A stretch of 64,000 bases of DNA from an uncultured Candidatus Saccharibacteria bacterium (GCA_964633325.1 CAZWFS010000004.1:19423-83422), one strand, 5' to 3'; positions 45,394-54,735 are shown, counted from the stretch's first letter. Numbers and translations: made by a program. The notes: generated by a model not told the origin, from the letters alone.

Positions 45394-45682
45394 AATTAAC
45401 TATCTGCTAAAACACCGATTATTACTCTAATTAAACTATAGTATACTATAGTTTGTTTATAATACAATATATTTTATTAAATATCTTTCACTGAATTGAA
45501 ATTGCGGCTAGTTTTTGGGGCTTTTCGTAAGGCAAATCATCATAATTATCTCTGACAGAGTGTGTGGTAGGTTGCCACGTGATTGGACTTTAAACATACG
45601 TATGTCTTAGTCCCAACCCAATAACCAGATATAAATGTAGTACAATTGTCTGTACGCAAATATTTTATTTACAAGATAATAT

Positions 45683-45757
45683 GCGGGATTCGTATATCGG
45701 CTAATATATCAGTTTTCCAAACTGAGGAGACCGGTTCGACTCCGGTATCCCGCACCA
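45683..45757 (+). tRNA. tRNA-Gly(UCC), CCA encoded
   Basis: Manual cloverleaf: GCGGGAT/ATCCCGC acceptor, anticodon arm TCAGT-TTTCCAA-ACTGA, T arm ACCGG-TTCGACT-CCGGT. 75 nt. Confidence 0.88.
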
Positions 45758-46042
45758 GATCCGACTGTACTTCAATTCCGTCAGACCCCTTATGCTTTTA
45801 GGTATCACGCTGTAAATTACACATATTGTCAAAAGTACTTATGCAATAGATGGGCTATAGGGGTGGGATGCCCTTGACTTATATTTTCAGGCCTGTAGGA
45901 TAGCCTTTATGTGTCTTTTTTACTCGTGAGGTGGAGAAGCACAAATTAAGGCCTACCTAGATTAAGGCTACCTGAGACGAAATAATAACTAATTCAGATC
46001 TGTGAACGAGGGTACCTTTGGTATTGGCCAGGAGGGTTTTAA

Positions 46043-46666
46043 ATGCGATTATCCGTAATTATTGCGGGACTATTGTTTGCCACCGTGTTATATGTGGTAG
46101 ACAGTCCATCAGTTCACGCTCAAGCACAAACAAATAATCCAACTGTAGAATCTAAAATTGTGCAGGTGCAGACAGGAGACACCTTGTCCAAAATCGGCAG
46201 TGCGCATCAGACCACGTATCAGCGATTGTACGATGCCAACTTGAATATAAAAGATCCTGACGTAATCTATCCAGGTGATCCGGTACGAATACCGCGTCCT
46301 GATGAAACATTAACCAGTCGGTCAGGGCAAGCGCCGGCTCCAACCCCAACAGTGAAGCCTCAACAAGCCCCAGCGTCGCCTAAAGCAAAAACAAAAGCAA
46401 CACCAGCACCTGCTGCAAACAACGTAAACGGCGGTGTGTGGGATCGTCTGGCTCAGTGTGAATCCGGCGGTAATTGGAGTATTAACACCGGAAACGGATT
46501 CTACGGCGGTCTGCAGTTCACTCTGTCCAGCTGGCGAGCAGTTGGCGGCAGCGGTTATCCGCACCAAGCCAGCAAGTCAGAACAGATAGCCAGAGCCGAA
46601 AAACTCCGAGCAATCCAAGGCTGGGGAGCATGGCCCGCCTGTTCCTCAAAGCTCGGCCTCCGCTAA
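46043..46666 (+). CDS. secreted LysM-domain Rpf-like transglycosylase
   Basis: 207 aa with a signal peptide. LysM segment VQTGDTLSKIG...YPGDPVRIP. Rpf domain WDRLAQCESGGNWSINTGNGFYGGLQFTLSSW. SD GGAGGG upstream. Confidence 0.85.
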   Translation: MRLSVIIAGLLFATVLYVVDSPSVHAQAQTNNPTVESKIVQVQTGDTLSKIGSAHQTTYQRLYDANLNIKDPDVIYPGDPVRIPRPDETLTSRSGQAPAPTPTVKPQQAPASPKAKTKATPAPAANNVNGGVWDRLAQCESGGNWSINTGNGFYGGLQFTLSSWRAVGGSGYPHQASKSEQIARAEKLRAIQGWGAWPACSSKLGLR

Positions 46667-46749
46667 GTAGAGTTAAAGCATCTAGTAAAGAGGCTGTCGA
46701 AACTCATTCTATCGAATTACTTGGGCTCATCCTTTATAATCCAGGATAT

Positions 46750-46826
46750 GCCCCGGTAGCTCAGCGGATTAGAGCAAGACGGTTCTAACGTCAAGGTCGG
46801 GGGTTCGAATCCCTCCCGGGGTACCA
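46750..46826 (+). tRNA. tRNA-Arg(UCU), CCA encoded
   Basis: Manual cloverleaf: GCCCCGG/CCGGGGT acceptor, anticodon loop GTTCTAA, T arm CGGGG-GTTCGAATC-CCCTC region. 77 nt. Confidence 0.85.
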
Positions 46827-46864
46827 AAGAAAAGTCCTCGCCTTGTGTGGGGTCTTTTCTTTGG
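46824..46864 (+). terminator. hairpin overlapping the CCA end of tRNA-Arg(UCU)
   Basis: CCAAAGAAAAG (46824-46834) pairs with CTTTTCTTTGG (46854-46864). It has the same A-rich/U-rich arm architecture as the hairpin after tRNA-Glu. Confidence 0.4.
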
Positions 46865-47047
46865 TAATTCGCGAAGCGGATTGAACTCACGACGGGGGTG
46901 CGGTGGAGCGAGGACACGCGCAGAAGCTTGCTTCGAGCATGCCGCAGCGGAAAAGGACAAAGTCCGCTATCCACTCCCAGGTTACCTTTTTATTTATGTT
47001 TAAAAATTAATCACTGGGGAGACATTAGTTCTGTTAATATTGCAGGG

Positions 47048-47557
47048 ATGGGTAAAATTTTTTGTATTGGGCTTTCATGCACCGGTAAGCATAGTCTCAT
47101 GGAAGCTTTAGGCCAATTAGGCTACACCACGATACATTACCCCGTCTCGTTCGACCAAATTGCCCTACATGATGTAAGCTGTGATGCTTTTGTAGTAGCT
47201 CACTACAAAGAGTTAGACGAGCATTATCCTGGCTCTAAGTTCATATATACTTACCGTGAGCCAGAGGCCTGGGCTAATGCTGTTATGAAACACTTGCAGG
47301 TCTACCCGGCAGCAACCAAGTCAGAGTTAAAAAGAAAGTATCGCCATATAATTTGGGGTGATGAGAATCCGTCACGCGAGCAACTATTCTTAGCAAGAGA
47401 AAAGTTAGAACAGGACATTGAAAAATATTTCACCTATAGACCTCAAGATCTTTTACGCATGAACATATCTGGAGGTGAGAGCTGGAATGAGCTATGTCAA
47501 TTTTTGGCACATCCAATTCCGAATAGTCCTTTTCCTCACATTGACACCTCAGTGTAG
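47048..47557 (+). CDS. P-loop sulfotransferase-family-like protein
   Basis: The ORF track starts at 46898, inside GC-rich noncoding sequence. The likely ATG is at 47048 (MGKIFCIGLSCTGKHSLMEALGQLGY), which resembles the PAPS-binding loop of small sulfotransferases. The assignment is tentative. Confidence 0.45.
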   Translation: MGKIFCIGLSCTGKHSLMEALGQLGYTTIHYPVSFDQIALHDVSCDAFVVAHYKELDEHYPGSKFIYTYREPEAWANAVMKHLQVYPAATKSELKRKYRHIIWGDENPSREQLFLAREKLEQDIEKYFTYRPQDLLRMNISGGESWNELCQFLAHPIPNSPFPHIDTSV

Positions 47558-47699
47558 TATTTCCAATCCTACCGCCTGGAGTAAATTATCAGAAGTGCAA
47601 TAATCCATAAGGTGTTATATTTATGGTAACTATATCCATAAAATTAATCGTTGTTAGCTCTTATGGTTTATAATCAAGATCGATATAATTAGGGGTAAA

Positions 47700-48425
47700 A
47701 TGAAAAAACTTCTTTTAGAGAAAATCAGGCTAAGCCAATACTTCGTTATACTGCTCACAGCATTCATTATTTTGGTAGCTATAGCCCCAGATTTAAAGTT
47801 TGATAGTGGCGCCTTAACACTTTTTTCGGTTAACTCGTTCTTGTACGGATTTTATATTGCTCCAATTCTTAGTGGTCAAAAAGCCCGAATTGAGGAATTG
47901 CATAGAATTGTTAGATCAGAGGCTAATTCGATCTTTGCGATGGTTATAGGCCTCAAAAAATTGCCTAAACACTTGCGCAATGATATCCAGTCAATGTTTA
48001 TTGATTATCTTAAATCCTCGATTCGTGAACGAAAACCAAGTGAAGGGGAGGCAAAGTACGAGTCACTGATTACCTATTGTTTAGAATATAAAGGCGAACA
48101 CGAAGAGGAAATCAATAACCTTCTCGATAAGCTCGTAGCGAATCAGCAGAATCGAACAAACTTTTCCATGCAGATGACAAATCGAGTATTCAGCAACGAA
48201 TGGGTCATCATGTTGGTCTTATTTAGCATTACTCTATCTTTCGTTCTTTTAATGGATGCTGGAAATGGTTTCATGTACCAGTTTCTTGCCGCATTACTTT
48301 GTACAGGACTAAGCATGCTCTTAGTTATCTTGGTCAAAATGTCTACTCTGACACACAAAAAAGCCAAACAATTATGGGATCCGTATAAGAAATTGATCGA
48401 GAGTCACTTTTATCGTATTGGCTGA
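47700..48425 (+). CDS. hypothetical membrane protein
   Basis: 241 aa with 2 N-terminal and 2 C-terminal TM helices around a soluble helical region. Confidence 0.5.
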   Translation: MKKLLLEKIRLSQYFVILLTAFIILVAIAPDLKFDSGALTLFSVNSFLYGFYIAPILSGQKARIEELHRIVRSEANSIFAMVIGLKKLPKHLRNDIQSMFIDYLKSSIRERKPSEGEAKYESLITYCLEYKGEHEEEINNLLDKLVANQQNRTNFSMQMTNRVFSNEWVIMLVLFSITLSFVLLMDAGNGFMYQFLAALLCTGLSMLLVILVKMSTLTHKKAKQLWDPYKKLIESHFYRIG

Positions 48426-48481
48426 TAGGACTTATGAAAGTATGCAGCTATAAATCATTTATCACGTAGTATACCCAGTTA

Positions 48482-48922
48482 CTACAATTTTATTGGCTCT
48501 TTTGGAAACCCGTATCTTAGAGCCCTATCAATTGCGGTTTGTAGTTGTGGGGTGCGGAAATGCAATCTAGAAAAAGCCCTGGCTTCAGCCCATAATGGTT
48601 TATGCACATTGATGCTTATCGTATTCATCAAGCCTTCCTCGGATGAATCTTGGATGGCAAGCGACTCGTTTGGCAATGCCTCGCACAAATATATATACTG
48701 TTCGTTATAGGGTTCGGGATGCTGCTCTACGAACACAAGCCGAGCGGCTATTACTTCCAACCCCGTCTCCTCTTTGACCTCGCGCACCAAGGCCTGTTCA
48801 AGCGTCTCGTCATCCTTGGCCCGCCCTCCCACTAAAGTATAATATTCGCTACCCTCTTTGTTGCGATACATAACTAATATCTTATCGTTCTTTAGGATAA
48901 TTGCGCGCGCTGCTTTTCCCAT
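48482..48922 (-). CDS. NUDIX hydrolase
   Basis: 146 aa with Nudix box GGRAKDDETLEQALVREVKEETGL. Confidence 0.8.
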   Translation of the reverse strand: MGKAARAIILKNDKILVMYRNKEGSEYYTLVGGRAKDDETLEQALVREVKEETGLEVIAARLVFVEQHPEPYNEQYIYLCEALPNESLAIQDSSEEGLMNTISINVHKPLWAEARAFSRLHFRTPQLQTAIDRALRYGFPKEPIKL

Positions 48923-48961
48923 ACAATCTAGTATATAATGTTATTCCTGACAGGAGGCTAT

Positions 48962-49066
48962 ATGTCCGAGAAAGATTCGTACAACCCGGACAAAAAACAA
49001 TTCTGGAAAGGTTTAGGCTGGTTGGCGGCTCTGGTCATCGGTGCCGAAGTTCTATTGGACATATAG
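48962..49066 (+). CDS. possible 34-aa small membrane protein
   Basis: Not in the ORF track (<60 aa). ATG is preceded by AGGAGG with a 4-nt spacer. Translation: MSEKDSYNPDKKQFWKGLGWLAALVIGAEVLLDI, with one hydrophobic helix. Confidence 0.35.
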   Translation: MSEKDSYNPDKKQFWKGLGWLAALVIGAEVLLDI

Positions 49067-49128
49067 ACTATGGAGTAGCCAGCTTATTGCTAAATATAGC
49101 TTATTAAGTTACAATCACCCCTGTTTAT

Positions 49129-49203
49129 GGTGTCCGTAGTTCAATGGTAGAACGCCGCTTTGTGGAGGCGGTCACGAGGGTTCAATTCCCTTCGGACACC
49201 CCA
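49129..49203 (+). tRNA. tRNA-His(GUG) with encoded G-1 and CCA
   Basis: G-1 (49129) can pair with C73 (49200). Acceptor GTGTCCG/CGGACAC, D stem GTTC/GAAC, anticodon loop TTGTGGA. Confidence 0.88.
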
Positions 49204-49249
49204 TTCATAACATTCAATAGCAGATTCGGATAAATGGTCAGGATTACCC

Positions 49250-49453
49250 ATGCAGACTAAAAAATTATATAGAAGCAGGACTAATAAGGTTTTTACCGGT
49301 CTGGCGGGCGGGCTAGCTGACTATTTTGCCGTAGACCCAACCTTGATTCGCGTAATTCTGGTGATACTGGAATTCGCAACCGCCGGATTGCTGATAATAG
49401 CTTATTTCATATTGGCGTTAATAGTTCCAAAAGAACCCCTGCCATCCCCTTAG
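49250..49453 (+). CDS. PspC-domain membrane protein
   Basis: 67 aa with LYRSRTNKVFTGLAGGLADYFAVDPTLIRV followed by a TM helix. Confidence 0.75.
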   Translation: MQTKKLYRSRTNKVFTGLAGGLADYFAVDPTLIRVILVILEFATAGLLIIAYFILALIVPKEPLPSP

Positions 49454-49465
49454 CATTTAATAAGT

Positions 49466-49978
49466 ATGGCTAGAATTACAGTTGTTGACGAGAATGATAA
49501 CGTTACTGGGGCGGCTAATAGAGACGAGGCTAGAACCAGGGGGCTCCGTCATCGCATAGTCCGAGTGTTTTTACTTAATCATAAAGGCGAAGTGTTGCTT
49601 CAAAAGCGTAACAGACTGTTACTGGATACACCCGGTAAGTGGGATCAATCCGTTGGTGGGCATGTCGACGAAGGAGAAGACTATATAACAGCAGCAAGGC
49701 GTGAGACTTTTGAAGAGTTGGGAATCCGCCTAGATAAGTTCAAGGAGATTGGTAAATTTTATATTGAACGTGAGGGGCCTGGTGGTTTAATCAGAAGGTT
49801 CCAAACTGTTTTTATAGCCCATTGGAGCGGTCAGCTCCATCATGCTGAGTTAGAGGTGGCCGAGGTCCGTTGGTTACCAATATCGGAAATAGACAAATGG
49901 CTGCAAACTTCGCCCAACGACTTCACCACAAATTTTGCCAGAGCATTTTCGCTGCTGAAACAAGCTCTACCGGAATAG
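49466..49978 (+). CDS. NUDIX hydrolase
   Basis: 170 aa with Nudix box GGHVDEGEDYITAARRETFEELGI. Confidence 0.8.
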   Translation: MARITVVDENDNVTGAANRDEARTRGLRHRIVRVFLLNHKGEVLLQKRNRLLLDTPGKWDQSVGGHVDEGEDYITAARRETFEELGIRLDKFKEIGKFYIEREGPGGLIRRFQTVFIAHWSGQLHHAELEVAEVRWLPISEIDKWLQTSPNDFTTNFARAFSLLKQALPE

Positions 49979-50082
49979 CTTGAACCTATTTGGGATGTCT
50001 AAGATATATTATGGTAACGATAAATTACTCCTTTCCGTTAAGCCTTGCTTGATTTATAGTAACAATAGAAAGCGAGGGACGC

Positions 50083-50844
50083 ATGGCTCCGATAACTCTG
50101 TCTATCAGACAAATATATAAACTTATAATCGCAGGTGTTGTCTTTTTGCTGTTGCTGTGGCTTATATTTTCTAGCACCGTAACAATAGGGACGGGCAAAA
50201 TCGCAGTTATGACCCGGTTCGGAAAAGTGACCGGTCAAGAGTTGGGCGAGGGTTTTCACTTTAAAAGTCCGCTCGACAGAGCCAATGAATACGACATAAA
50301 GGTATTAAAAGAAGAAACTGAAGCAGCTGCAGCGTCCAAAGACTTGCAGGATGTTAAATCAACCTTGGTCATTAACTACCGGCTGGAAGCCGGCCAGGTC
50401 AGCGAAGTGCACAAGACAGTCGGCACATTTTATAAGGAAAAATTAGTGGATCCAGCCGTACAAGAGGTCTTTAAAGGGGCGACTGCAAAATATGATGCTA
50501 CGCAGCTGATCACAGATCGCGCAACCGTTAAAGCTGATGCCTTTAACGATCTTGTTAATCGACTTAAGCGTTATGGAATTATCGTCCAAGACCTTTCAAT
50601 TACCAATTTCAGTTTTAGCCCGGAGTTTACTAACGCTATCGAAGCCAAGCAGGTAGCCGCACAGGAAGCAGAGCGCGCTAAGTTCAATTTGGAAAGAGCC
50701 AACCTGGACGCACAGGCCCAAAACGCCCAAAAGACCAGCTTAAGTCCAGAGCTGCTTCAAAAGTACGCCATAGACAAATGGGATGGCAAAATGCCCCAAT
50801 ACGTAGGTGGCGGCAGCGTCTTCAATATCCCCCTTACCCGTTAA
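50083..50844 (+). CDS. SPFH/band-7 (prohibitin/HflC-like) membrane protein
   Basis: 253 aa with an N-terminal TM. The SPFH core runs from GKIAVMTRFGKV onward. C-terminal coiled coil AIEAKQVAAQEAERAKF. Confidence 0.8.
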   Translation: MAPITLSIRQIYKLIIAGVVFLLLLWLIFSSTVTIGTGKIAVMTRFGKVTGQELGEGFHFKSPLDRANEYDIKVLKEETEAAAASKDLQDVKSTLVINYRLEAGQVSEVHKTVGTFYKEKLVDPAVQEVFKGATAKYDATQLITDRATVKADAFNDLVNRLKRYGIIVQDLSITNFSFSPEFTNAIEAKQVAAQEAERAKFNLERANLDAQAQNAQKTSLSPELLQKYAIDKWDGKMPQYVGGGSVFNIPLTR

Positions 50845-50863
50845 GGCGTGTAAGGGAAGCTTC

Positions 50864-51403
50864 TTAGGTTATTATTCTTTCGAGTAGGTCGCCAAGTACG
50901 TAGGCTAGGCCGGCAGCTATAACACCTAGAATGAGCGTTTCAAAGACAGCGCGGATGATGGGGGATTTAGCCACACGGCTTTTGAGTATACCAATTCCTA
51001 TGAATGCTAACGCAGTTAAAATGCTGGAGATCAAGAATAAATTAGGCCAATCACCGCCAGATAAAAGGTTAAATGTATAGACCAGTAGGGGAACAAGCCC
51101 GATCAAAATAAACGAAAAATAAGTAGTAACACCGTTGATGACTGGTGACGCTTCGTCGTCAATCGGTTCTTTTCGTTTCGCCTTGAGTTCTATTTCTGAC
51201 TTAGATGATAGATATGAGCCTACACCCATGGAAAACCCATCGGCAATTAGGTTCGCAAAACCTAAAACCAGCAATATCTTGTTATCAAATCGGGCGCCTG
51301 TTGCCCCAGCGACTACCGCAAACGTGGTTACCGCACCGTCAATACCGCCGTAGACGAATTCGCCCAAGTAATCTTCAAAATGCTGCTTTATTTTCTCTCT
51401 CAT
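50864..51403 (-). CDS. VIT1/CCC1-family iron/manganese transporter
   Basis: 179 aa with GGIDGAVTTFAVVAG and multiple TM helices. Confidence 0.7.
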   Translation of the reverse strand: MREKIKQHFEDYLGEFVYGGIDGAVTTFAVVAGATGARFDNKILLVLGFANLIADGFSMGVGSYLSSKSEIELKAKRKEPIDDEASPVINGVTTYFSFILIGLVPLLVYTFNLLSGGDWPNLFLISSILTALAFIGIGILKSRVAKSPIIRAVFETLILGVIAAGLAYVLGDLLERIIT

Positions 51404-51427
51404 AATTGTTGGTTCAGTATAACAGGC

Positions 51428-52072
51428 TTAGCCTACTACGGAGTTAATGACTAGGGCAACCAGTAGTGGCACTAGCATATTGTCCGTACCCCTGACTGAT
51501 ATATTTTCAGCTACAGCGGCCATAAGCGGCAGGCCGACAAAAATCGGCCAGGCATTACGGTTAAAGTCGTAAGGGCTGGCAACCAAGAACCATACTATGA
51601 CCACGCTGGAAACAAGCGCGAATGTTAGGGTACCGGCTAATGATTTATAGTAACCAAAAATTTTGTAACGATTACCTTTGCCCAGCCTGCCCCCAATAAG
51701 CGCGGCAAGTCCATCGGCCAAGCTCATATGCAGGGCGGCAGCCGTAAAGATGTATTTTGAGGGGCTAATTATGGCAAGCGTTCCTAAGCTAACAGCAAAC
51801 AACACGTCACCCCAGGTCTTACGCTTGACGGCGCGGATCACGTTGAAAATATTTAGCATACGCGAGGCAATGAGCACGACAAAGAAGCCGACGCTTATAA
51901 TTAAGATCGCACGGAAGCTCATTAGAAAAGGCCAGAATGCTACGAACGAACCAATGATGATATGAACGAATTTACGTCCGCCCTCCCCGTGGATCTGCTT
52001 GGTGCGCCATAAGGCTTCGGCCAGACAGAGTACCAAAAAAACAGTAACAAGGCACAACAGCGGAACAATCAT
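51428..52072 (-). CDS. CTP-dependent lipid kinase/cytidylyltransferase family membrane protein (dolichol/phytol kinase-like)
   Basis: 214 aa, polytopic. Motif SLADGLAALIGGRLGK is typical of the CTP_transf_1 superfamily. Confidence 0.6.
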   Translation of the reverse strand: MIVPLLCLVTVFLVLCLAEALWRTKQIHGEGGRKFVHIIIGSFVAFWPFLMSFRAILIISVGFFVVLIASRMLNIFNVIRAVKRKTWGDVLFAVSLGTLAIISPSKYIFTAAALHMSLADGLAALIGGRLGKGNRYKIFGYYKSLAGTLTFALVSSVVIVWFLVASPYDFNRNAWPIFVGLPLMAAVAENISVRGTDNMLVPLLVALVINSVVG

Positions 52073-52237
52073 AAGGTGTATTAAACGCTAGACAAAGGTT
52101 AATCGCAATGCCGCAGACGAGTCCTCGATCAGTGTGATACTCAAACTCCGCCGGAGAAGACGTTCAGTCTGGCTAATAAAACTCGCTCCGGATCATTCGC
52201 CGAGCTGTCCAGCCTATGGCAGACTCTGCACGTCGAA

Positions 52238-52314
52238 TGGTCGGGGATGCGGGATTTGAACCCACGACCTCCGCGTCCCGAACGCGGCGCGCTACCAAGC
52301 TGCGCTAATCCCCG
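52238..52314 (-). tRNA. tRNA-Pro(CGG), CCA encoded
   Basis: Manual cloverleaf: CGGGGAT/ATCCCCG acceptor, anticodon arm CCGCG-TTCGGGA-CGCGG, T arm GTGGG-TTCAAAT-CCCGC. 77 nt. Confidence 0.9.
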
Positions 52315-52338
52315 GTCATGCCCCGGATTATAACAAAT

Positions 52339-54735
52339 CTACTGCCCGGTGGCCTCCAGGTCCGGGGCATCAAGTGCTATCTCCGATCCCGGTCCGGCTT
52401 GGCCGCTTAGGATTTTCTTGGCTACGATGTTTTCTACACTGCGCTGGACCATACGACGCATAGGGCGGGCCCCAAGGCGGGGATCGTTGCCTTTCTCAAC
52501 TAGCCAGGCCAGAGCCGCATCGGTTACAGTAACTCGTACTTTTTGCCGCGCTAAGGTTTGGTTGACCTCTTCTACCATCAGACGCACTACTTGCTGCAAT
52601 TCTTCCGGCTTCAATGGTCGGAATAATACGATTTCATCAAACCGGTTTAAGAATTCCGGCTGGAAGTGTTTCTCGTCAATCAACTGGTTAACGAATGGTT
52701 CCTCGAACTCTTCCAAGTCATGCCCAGCTTCAATCTGTTTGCGTATGGAGTCGGCGCCAGCATTGGAGGTGGCTATTACGATTGCATCCTTGAAGGAAGC
52801 TTCGTTCCCTGTCGCGTCACGGATAACCCCCTCATCCAGCAGCTGCAGAAGCACATTCAGCACTTCCGGGTGTGCCTTTTCGATCTCATCCAGCAGCACT
52901 ACGCTATAGGGCTGTCGGCGGATCTGGGCTAGAAAAACCGCGCTTGTTTCCAAGGTGGTAGCAGCTAACAGCCGCCCCACGTCTTTGCTCTGGCTATACT
53001 CGTTCAGGTTTACACGGATAATCTGCCCCCTACCCCCGAAATAAACATCCGCCAAGGCCTTGGCCAGTTCCGTCTTACCAACCCCTGTCGGACCCAGGAA
53101 TAGAAAAGTACCCACCGGACGGTTAGGATTATTGACACCGCTACGGGCGCGCCTGAGGGCGTTGGATACCACTCCCACGGCCCGGGTCTGATTTATCAAT
53201 CGCTTATGCAGCTCCTCTTCCAGGTTAAGCAGCTGCTTGCTTTCCGCTCCCGATGCTTGCACCACTTTTACGCCAAGCTTAGCTTCCAGACTTTTACCCA
53301 CTATGTCGGGCGTAATCAAGCCCTGGCTTGCAAATACCGCCGTTTCTTTGAGCAGCTGGATTCCCCGACCTGGAAAGACTTGTTCATGGATGTACTTTTC
53401 GGCCAGGCGATAAGCCTCTTGGACAGCTTGGTACATAAATACTACTTTGTGTTTGTGCTCTATGCTTATAAGTTGATCCTGCATTATCCTCAGCGTGTCC
53501 TCCCTAGTTGGCGGTGGCATAAACTGGTAATTCAACAGCCCCGCCAGTGCTGGATTAGCGTCTAATAACAGTTGCCACTCGCGGGGAGTCATAGCACAGA
53601 TGAGCCGTACCCTTCCCGACTGCAGGACAGGCAGAAGAACGTTTGTGAGGTCTACCGAACCGGTGCCCCCACGCATAAACAGTTGGGCTTCATCTAAAAA
53701 GATGATGACGTTTCCGGCCGTACTGGCTTCCCCGAATATACCGAGCAAAAGTTGTTCCAAGGACTGAAAATTACGTGCGTTAGCAACTAGAGTGGAAGCG
53801 TCAAGGCTGAACATCTGATGATAGCGCAAGCTGGGAACCCTTTCAGTAAGCAGTTTTTTTGCCAAAGCGTATACAGCTGTGGTCTTTCCTGCACCCAATT
53901 CACCGACTAGTGCCACGCTACTGCTACTGCTTTTGGCCAATACCTGTATAAGCTGATTAATTACCCTCTCATGGCTCTCAGTTTGCCGCGTCCAGAGACC
54001 GCCACTTTGAATATCCAGACTTAGGTTATGTGCTATCTGATTCAGCAACGGCGTATACCCAGCCGACCAGTCTCGGCCAAGACCGCCGTAGTGCTCTTTC
54101 CTTTTTGCTTGCTCCATAACGGCTTCCAAATGGCTCAGCCAGTCCAACCCTTGCTCCAGGTCTTCCCATTCCAAATGCAGCGCATTCAAGGCAGTTTGGT
54201 AATGCGTAAAGCACCTAAATAGCGCCAGCATAGTAGCACTGGGCGTAATAGAGGTCAGCCCGTGCTTCTGCGACAGTTCCAGGGCTAGTTTCCATACGTC
54301 TTCAACTTGAGCACGAGATTCTTGAAGATTGTCAAAAAAATAGTCATCCAGTCCGAACCGCGTATTGAAAAAATTCCTATGCCAATGGGGTCTGACAGCC
54401 TTCCATATAGAATCAATTGCTGGATTCTTCGGTAATACTGCCAGAAGGTCGGCGTCAAGCGCCTGCTCTAGAGCCAAATTCTCAATGTCATTGCGCGGTA
54501 ATTTGGCCGATAGGTTTTTCAGATCTCCGTCATGCCATACCAATAACAAAAGAGTACTTGTAGCTATGGCAACCAATACACCCCCCCAGCGGTTACCAGT
54601 AAGCGCCAAACCTATGCCGGTGACCACAAGAAGCACGATAAAAATTTTAAGTAAGTTAACGAGACGAGAAGTGAAGTGTCGAGCTAAGCGTGCCTTTCGC
54701 GCCCGCGACCCAGAATAGTCAAAGCTAACCTTCAT
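52339..54735 (-). CDS. membrane-anchored two-ring AAA+ ATPase of the Clp/Hsp100 family
   Basis: 798 aa with two N-terminal TM helices (IFIVLLVVTGIGLALTG, GGVLVAIATSTLLLLVW). D1 Walker A GELGAGKTT and Walker B IIFLDEAQ. D2 Walker A GPTGVGKTELAKAL and Walker B VVLLDEIEKA. PEFLNRFDE is present. I saw no ClpP-docking IGF-type loop, and the canonical GAPPGYVGY segment is replaced. Confidence 0.8.
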   Translation of the reverse strand: MKVSFDYSGSRARKARLARHFTSRLVNLLKIFIVLLVVTGIGLALTGNRWGGVLVAIATSTLLLLVWHDGDLKNLSAKLPRNDIENLALEQALDADLLAVLPKNPAIDSIWKAVRPHWHRNFFNTRFGLDDYFFDNLQESRAQVEDVWKLALELSQKHGLTSITPSATMLALFRCFTHYQTALNALHLEWEDLEQGLDWLSHLEAVMEQAKRKEHYGGLGRDWSAGYTPLLNQIAHNLSLDIQSGGLWTRQTESHERVINQLIQVLAKSSSSSVALVGELGAGKTTAVYALAKKLLTERVPSLRYHQMFSLDASTLVANARNFQSLEQLLLGIFGEASTAGNVIIFLDEAQLFMRGGTGSVDLTNVLLPVLQSGRVRLICAMTPREWQLLLDANPALAGLLNYQFMPPPTREDTLRIMQDQLISIEHKHKVVFMYQAVQEAYRLAEKYIHEQVFPGRGIQLLKETAVFASQGLITPDIVGKSLEAKLGVKVVQASGAESKQLLNLEEELHKRLINQTRAVGVVSNALRRARSGVNNPNRPVGTFLFLGPTGVGKTELAKALADVYFGGRGQIIRVNLNEYSQSKDVGRLLAATTLETSAVFLAQIRRQPYSVVLLDEIEKAHPEVLNVLLQLLDEGVIRDATGNEASFKDAIVIATSNAGADSIRKQIEAGHDLEEFEEPFVNQLIDEKHFQPEFLNRFDEIVLFRPLKPEELQQVVRLMVEEVNQTLARQKVRVTVTDAALAWLVEKGNDPRLGARPMRRMVQRSVENIVAKKILSGQAGPGSEIALDAPDLEATGQ

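Noticed and set aside
45758-46042. Cyclic-di-AMP (ydaO-type) riboswitch upstream of the Rpf gene
   Set aside because: ydaO elements are known upstream of rpf and cell-wall hydrolase genes. However, I could not find the conserved ACGGGGA / GGGGUGAAUC / CCCGAACC-type blocks or the pseudo-twofold architecture here, nor upstream of the CHAP or rpfB-like genes. An Infernal search with RF00379 would settle it.
46717-46974. ORFs overlapping tRNA genes and GC-rich spacers (46717-46974 and 46769-46960 minus; 56172-56381 minus; the N-terminal 50 codons of 46898-47557)
   Set aside because: They run through tRNA genes and hairpins. Their translations are Arg/Pro/Ser-rich nonsense typical of GC-rich noncoding DNA. 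The downstream gene has a better internal ATG at 47048.
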